Assembly (NCBI GenBank): GCA_964036045.1
Contig: OZ038378.1
Span: 156,240,001 to 156,304,000 of the forward strand
DNA from: Eutreptiella sp. 'Long Island Sound 2002'
Lineage: Eukaryota > Protista > Euglenida
Length of the DNA: 64,000 nt
Direction: 5' to 3'
The translations under genes and the position numbers were made by a program. Of this stretch, positions 59,701 to 64,000 are shown piece by piece; position 1 is the first letter of the stretch; every line of letters begins with the position of its first letter. The notes below the pieces were generated by a model. The model ran no database searches and had not been told where the DNA came from. It was given only the letters and a program-made list of their open reading frames with translations.

Positions 59701-62141
59701 GGGCGTTGGTCGGACAAACACCCGTTGCAAAACACCGCCTGGGCGCCACCGCAGGGCCTGGGCAGGGCAGGGCACCCGCCCACTGCGGCGAGCCTACAGC
59801 AGGGCATTGGCGGGGGAAACCCCCACACCCATGCGGCACGGGCGGTGAATCCCGGAAACAGGGGGTGAACCTGCCTGAGCATACTGCGCACCACTGATGG
59901 CTAGCACTTGGTGATCTGGAGCCCCCTGGCCCTGTGGTACATGTCCCATGCGGTACCTTTCCCACGTCGGTGGTGGTGAGTGCCCTCCAACCTCCGCTGT
60001 CTTGGGAACGACTTTGTGGGGAGCACGCCGGCGCTCGGAACAGCCTTTTGGGAAACAATTGTCGGTAGAATAGCAGCATGTTACGATTTCTGTGGCACGA
60101 TTTCTGTGCGACCTCCAGAGGAACCCTCTGGAGGTCGCAAGACCGCCTCCACGTTCCCCCCCCCCCCCCCAACCCCTCCCACCCCCCGGGGTACGGAGTC
60201 AAAGGCCCGCCCCCTGTGTGACATTCCGTTGGGTCGCTGTTTCTTTATGGGGCCCTGGACAGTCACCCGCTCTTCCCTTCGCATGTTGCGCCGGGTCGCT
60301 GCGTTCTGTCGGCCGCTGCGGCCGGTGCTCCTGCTGGTGTTGTTTCCGCGTTCGCGGAGCCCAGTCGTTGGTGTGTTGGGGCTGTGCATAATCGTTTATT
60401 GCCGACGACCGCCCTTTATAATCCGTGGAGCACTTCGTTGCTCTCACTGCCACAGTTCGCCCTTACAACACGTAGTCTGTGGTGCTGCGGCCGAGAACCT
60501 CGAGACCCAGCGTTCATGGCACAGGCAGGGGACCAACCACCACCCAATTCAGCGGACAACGACACGAATGCGCCCGCACACCTGTTCTCGTGTCCCATGC
60601 ACAGAGCTTGCGATCGGCCCCAACGCTGTACAGTGTGCCCTCCCGCAACGCCGCATCGGCGGGGTCGCACCGCAGGTATGTCGGCACGTAGCACCGCATC
60701 TGGCGGACCACGCCCCGGTGCCCCTTCATGAGCACCACACGGGCCCCCTCCGGGCGGGCATAGCCCTGGATGTGGCCCTTGCACGAGCCAACGTACATCG
60801 TTGTGCTGCCAAAGCAGAAGGAACTCACCTGCAGAGCCCCATGCAACCGGGAAGAGGGAAGAACAAACAAACTGCTGGCGTTTGTTAGCCCCAGCTTGAC
60901 GGTTCGGGAGAGCTGACGGCGTTTGGAGGGTGACCAACGGAGAGTCCCAGGAACGGTAATTAGAGCGGTTCCTTGGTGCCGTCCTTGATGCCACCCAAAA
61001 AGCAACCGTTTGCATCCTTGGGGACCGCGCTGGCAGGGTCCCATGTGTCCGATAATCCATTGAGTGTTGTGGTGAACCTAGCAACAGTCGAGTGACGTTC
61101 CCCATCGTTGCTTGCCCACTAACCGGCATGGCACTGTTTGTGGGGCCTCCAAGTCCTCGTCAGCAAACCTACTTGGCCCCCCCACAAACACAATTTTTTT
61201 TTGTCCTTTTGGTACTGTTTCGGTCCTCACGTAGCCCATTTTCAGGCTGTTTTGGGGGGCGTTTGTGCACAGCGGGCGCACAGCACGCAAAGCGCGCATT
61301 TTACAGGGAGAAACTAGGGGATTTTAGGACAATTAGCAATATTCTTGCCTACACAGACCGTACTACACCCCCACAACCCCATGTTTCACCCAACCCGCAC
61401 CCCAAAGCCACCCGAGGCCCCGAATTGCAACCTTGACACCACCTCACAACACAGTGAAAAGCACATGCACATGCGGTAGGGGTGGTCGACCGCTTGGTAG
61501 GTCTTTCTTCCTACAATGTCAAAGGAGGCCTCCCGAGCTCCCCAAGATACCCACCTATCTACCTTGGGTGCCTCATGGGAGGGTATCCCGACACGTGCCA
61601 CTGCCCTATGGAATGCCCCTCACAAAGCCGCTGTCTCATATGACTTGAGAACACGTGGCCACAGCCACCCTGCCCATGTGTAGGGTCCTGTACAAACTTT
61701 GTGCACAGCACGCGCACAGCGTGCAATACGTCCCCAAGGAACACTTTGGGGGTGAGGGTGGCTTTGAATGGCACGGCAATCGTACTGCTGCTGTGCCCAA
61801 TCATCCCTTGGTATGGCACGATACCCGGCACCTGGCATGGCACCACAACAATGAAGCTATACCACTTGGGATGCATATGCGAGTGTTTTTGGCCAATTCG
61901 GAGCCCACATTGACCCTTTTCAGCGATTTGGCCCATGCATTGACACATCCGAAGCACCAATGTATTGCAGCCATCTCCACGGGACTATGTGGGGATGCAA
62001 ACACCGGCAAAAACAAGGATGGAGACTAGGGCAGTAACAGAGTGCGCCGTTTGCCGACTATGGGGTGCATAGAAAGAAGTGTACAATGTTCTCGACCTCA
62101 CCAGCTCCGTCCCAGTCTTGGTCAGGCAGCCAATAATTAGG
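47772..62141 (-). CDS. Multi-exon gene: WD40/beta-propeller repeats followed by an EF-hand pair
   Basis: Eleven exons join in frame via GT-AG introns with matching phases: 60828-60582, 58144-57983, 55461-55314, 54768-54226, 52950-52783, 52465-52218, 51954-51768, 51706-51610, 50987-50923, 50823-50643, 49222-49044 (2225 nt, ~741 codons). Junctions restore motifs (WDTRTG|VLTW, HIK|ALAAS, GSLDR|TIRFW, VTKQ|IFRTID). The 62141-62102 exon and the acidic tail ending at TAG 47772-47774 are tentative. The start codon was not located. Confidence 0.8.
49044..49222 (-). CDS. EF-hand exon 2
   Basis: IFRTIDVNNTGVLTADDVEDFM. CCGTAG| acceptor, CAG|GTGCGC donor. Loop-to-loop spacing to EF1 is 36 aa if spliced directly. 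Confidence 0.8.
49323..49495 (-). mobile_element. Dispersed retroposon-like repeat, family R, short copy
   Basis: Plus strand reads TGTGACATTCCGTCGGG...CCTTCGCATGTTGCGTCGGGTCGCTGCGTTCTGTCGGCCGCTGCGG. Four more copies are in the window. Confidence 0.75.
50643..50823 (-). CDS. EF-hand exon 1
   Basis: LFAALDLNEDDHLQLEEALSII. CGCAG| acceptor, CAG|GTGCGT donor. Confidence 0.8.
53592..54095. mobile_element. Tc1/mariner-like MITE (TA target duplication)
   Basis: TA|CCAGGGGGGGGCTTTAATT ... AATTAAAGCCCCCCCTGG|TA; the TIRs differ by one G. Confidence 0.8.
53834..53907 (-). pseudogene. tRNA-Lys(TTT)-like pseudogene with Pol III A/B boxes and T8 terminator
   Basis: Minus strand: CCTGATG TAGCTTAGTTCGTAG...GGTTTTAATCCCAAGGGTCCTGGGTTCAAACCTTGGTGTCTGCA TTTTTTTT. 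The acceptor and anticodon stems pair poorly. Confidence 0.65.
54226..54768 (-). CDS. WD40-rich exon
   Basis: LCLGTSQGQLRIYDTRT...AHEDAILDLHSAGNVLLSAGDWTVRQWDLR...EGHEEAVVATTLDRVNGLVITGSLD. Acceptor CTCTCCCGCAG, donor AG|GTGCGA. An extra internal intron ending at 54603 is possible. Confidence 0.85.
55524..55925 (+). mobile_element. MITE family A, copy 2
   Basis: Colinear with 34471-34896. TIR GGCTTGCAATTGAGGG...GTCGATAGAGCCCCC / GGGGGCTCTATTGAC...CCCTCACTAGCAAGCC. Confidence 0.8.
56240..56880 (-). mobile_element. Two adjacent family R copies (~56240-56480 and ~56527-56880)
   Basis: Same core as 49323. The second copy is the longest in the window. Confidence 0.75.
58258..58481 (-). mobile_element. 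MITE family A, partial inverted copy
   Basis: Reverse complement of ~55650-55870. Confidence 0.8.
60215..60385 (-). mobile_element. Family R copy
   Basis: TGTGTGACATTCCGTTGGG...GTTGGTGTGTTGGGGCTGTG. Confidence 0.75.
60582..60828 (-). CDS. WD40 exon
   Basis: KGHRGVVRQM...LYSVGADRKLCAWDTRTG. Upstream CTAAC branch site and pyrimidine tract; donor AG|GTGTGC. Confidence 0.85.
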
Positions 62142-62527
62142 CTGTCCACATCAAAAGAAGGCAGTTGAGTAGGTGAGAAAAAGTGCAAGGGCAATGGTGG
62201 ATCCCAGGGCCAGAGTGTAAAGGCCGGGAACACTGCCATACAGAACAGGGAAAGGAAAATGTGGACCTGATCCAGCAGCCCTGCGCAAAATGGCTCTGCC
62301 TGTGGCCCCCGGAATCGGCTGGAATCCCAGTGCCATGGTGGGACTCGGGGGTCTTCAGCAGTCTGGGCGGCTGTGACACCAGGCCACCGGAGGTTGGGAC
62401 CCAGTCGTTGCGCTGGTGAGGTACAGTCACAAAGGCCGTGGGGCCCCACCTTTGGCGGAAGCCAAGACCCAGCCCGACCCCAACCCCAACCCCCCCCCTC
62501 CGGGGTAAGGAGTCAAAAGCCTGCCCC

Positions 62528-62742
62528 CTGTGTGACATTCCGTCGGGTCGCTGTTTCATTACGGGGCCCCGGACAGTCACCCCTTCTTCCCTTCGCGTGT
62601 TGCGTTGGGTCGCTGCGTTCTGTCAGCCGCTGCGGCCGGTGCTCCCGCTGGTGTCGTTTCCGCGTTCGCGGAGCTCAGTAGTTGGTGTGCCGGGGCTGTG
62701 CTGGATGTGGCGGGATGTGCCGTGTGCGCGTCAGCGGCGCCC
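62528..62742 (-). mobile_element. Family R copy
   Basis: TGTGTGACATTCCGTCGGG...GCGTCAGCGGCGCCC. Confidence 0.75.
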
Positions 62743-64000
62743 GCCCCCCCACCCAGCCCCCGCATACCTTTATCCCACCTCCCACTTGGTGTTGCAGTTC
62801 ATGACTGGCACGACTGGTACGAATGGTAGGCAGATTGGCTGACTAATTTCCAGAATGTCTTTGGTGGGGATCACGCACGGTGACTTTCCCGGATCCACCC
62901 TCAAAAACCCCTACAGCCCCAAACCCCCACATGCACCGGCAAAACGCAGCCAATAGACAATACGATGCTGCACACACAAGTACCCAGGCTAATGTTACAG
63001 GTTGGCACATCCTTTGCAGTCGCCATGTACCCTTGGTCCTCCAAGAAGGGTGCCCAGCTCTTTCCTTTGCGCTGGATTATCCAGCGTCAAAAATTTCAAA
63101 CCAAGCTGAGGCACTCGGGCAAGAGGAGGATATCCAGCGCATCTCGCGTCAACTGCCCAAAAATCCACCGCAAAGGAAACAGCTGAGCGTGCCGTGTACA
63201 GCGGGGCGTGGGGGAGGTCCAAAGGGCTTCATTTGTGCACAACACAACGCCCCGTTTCTGCGCTTTTCAATCCATGCCATGTTCGTCTCTCAAGCCCAAA
63301 CCGCAGCCGCAACACCTGTTCTCTGTGGCAGTTGAACTGCTGTATGCAATGTGGATGGTCGCGACTCTGGGCACTGGAAGAAGAGGCGTTGCTCAGCAAT
63401 CCTGGGAGGTGTGGTTTGTACTTTTTGAGGCGGTCCGCGACATTCTGTGCAGATGTTGATGAAGGCGAAGACTTAGTTGTGCGCTGTGTCGCCGAGGATG
63501 AAGGTCTAGACCTGATAAGCAAAGACTGAGAACAGCAATTGTTGTAGCAATGCACATCATGGTTATGACATTCACAGACACGTTGCATGCGCCATGCCAG
63601 CTCAACTTGTTGGTGTTTTGCTCTGCTCCCTGTCCTTCCGTGCAGTCAAAGCATTGGAGCCTACCAAGGCCGCTCGCAAACACTCCTTCAAAACATGGTT
63701 GGAGCCTCCTGACAAGAGAGTTCAAAGCGCTACATATTCGCCGTCCAAAAATCCTGTCAACAGCCTGCGACCACTGGCAATGTAATGGTGGCGCGGTAAC
63801 AACGGCTCAATGCCAATCTCCCAGAATCGTACACCCATACCACGATGCGCCACAAGCGAAGATTGGACGGCAGATGTTTCGAGACAAACCCTCCCAAGAA
63901 CGGGTGCCTTGCTTTGGCATGTGCCACACTTCAGGGGCTCGGCAGTCTTACCCAGGATCCCCCACCTGTTTGCGCGTGGGCCCAGTTGCACACATACGAT

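Noticed and set aside
63280-63990. LINE endonuclease/RT-like words (LWQLNC; KALEPTKAA...SLRPLAM)
   Set aside because: Motif spacing is too short, the frames are broken and no YADD region lies in the window. It cannot be supported without a search.

Overview
This is eukaryotic, repeat-rich nuclear DNA with GT-AG introns and TTAGGG telomeric repeats, and no prokaryotic operons. The dispersed repeat families match my recollection of euglenid (Eutreptiella-like) sequence; I could not check this against a database. Layout: (1) 0.5-9 kb holds decayed ORFs (ART-like fragment, winged-helix-like pseudogene, Zn-finger pseudogene, a triplicated ~410 bp unit). (2) 10.8-16.9 kb is a diverged 4-copy tandem repeat. 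(3) 17.1-31 kb is a ~52/103 bp satellite domain containing a recent 6.17 kb tandem duplication and punctuated by non-satellite fragments. (4) 31.2-32.5 kb is a BTB/BACK pseudogene. (5) 34-44 kb holds many non-autonomous TIR elements plus exons of a minus-strand gene. One 8-bp-TSD hAT-like MITE is split by a 10-bp-TSD element carrying a TTAGGG array, and another carries a satellite monomer. (6) Two giant (GT)n arrays follow. (7) 47.8-62.1 kb is a multi-exon minus-strand gene; 11 exons join in phase to give WD40 repeats followed by an EF-hand pair. Its introns carry MITEs (one with a tRNA-Lys-like cassette) and five co-oriented copies of a retroposon-like repeat. I found no clear new enzymatic system. 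The best leads are TIR elements that carry chromatin-relevant cargo (telomere repeats, satellite monomer, Pol III cassette).
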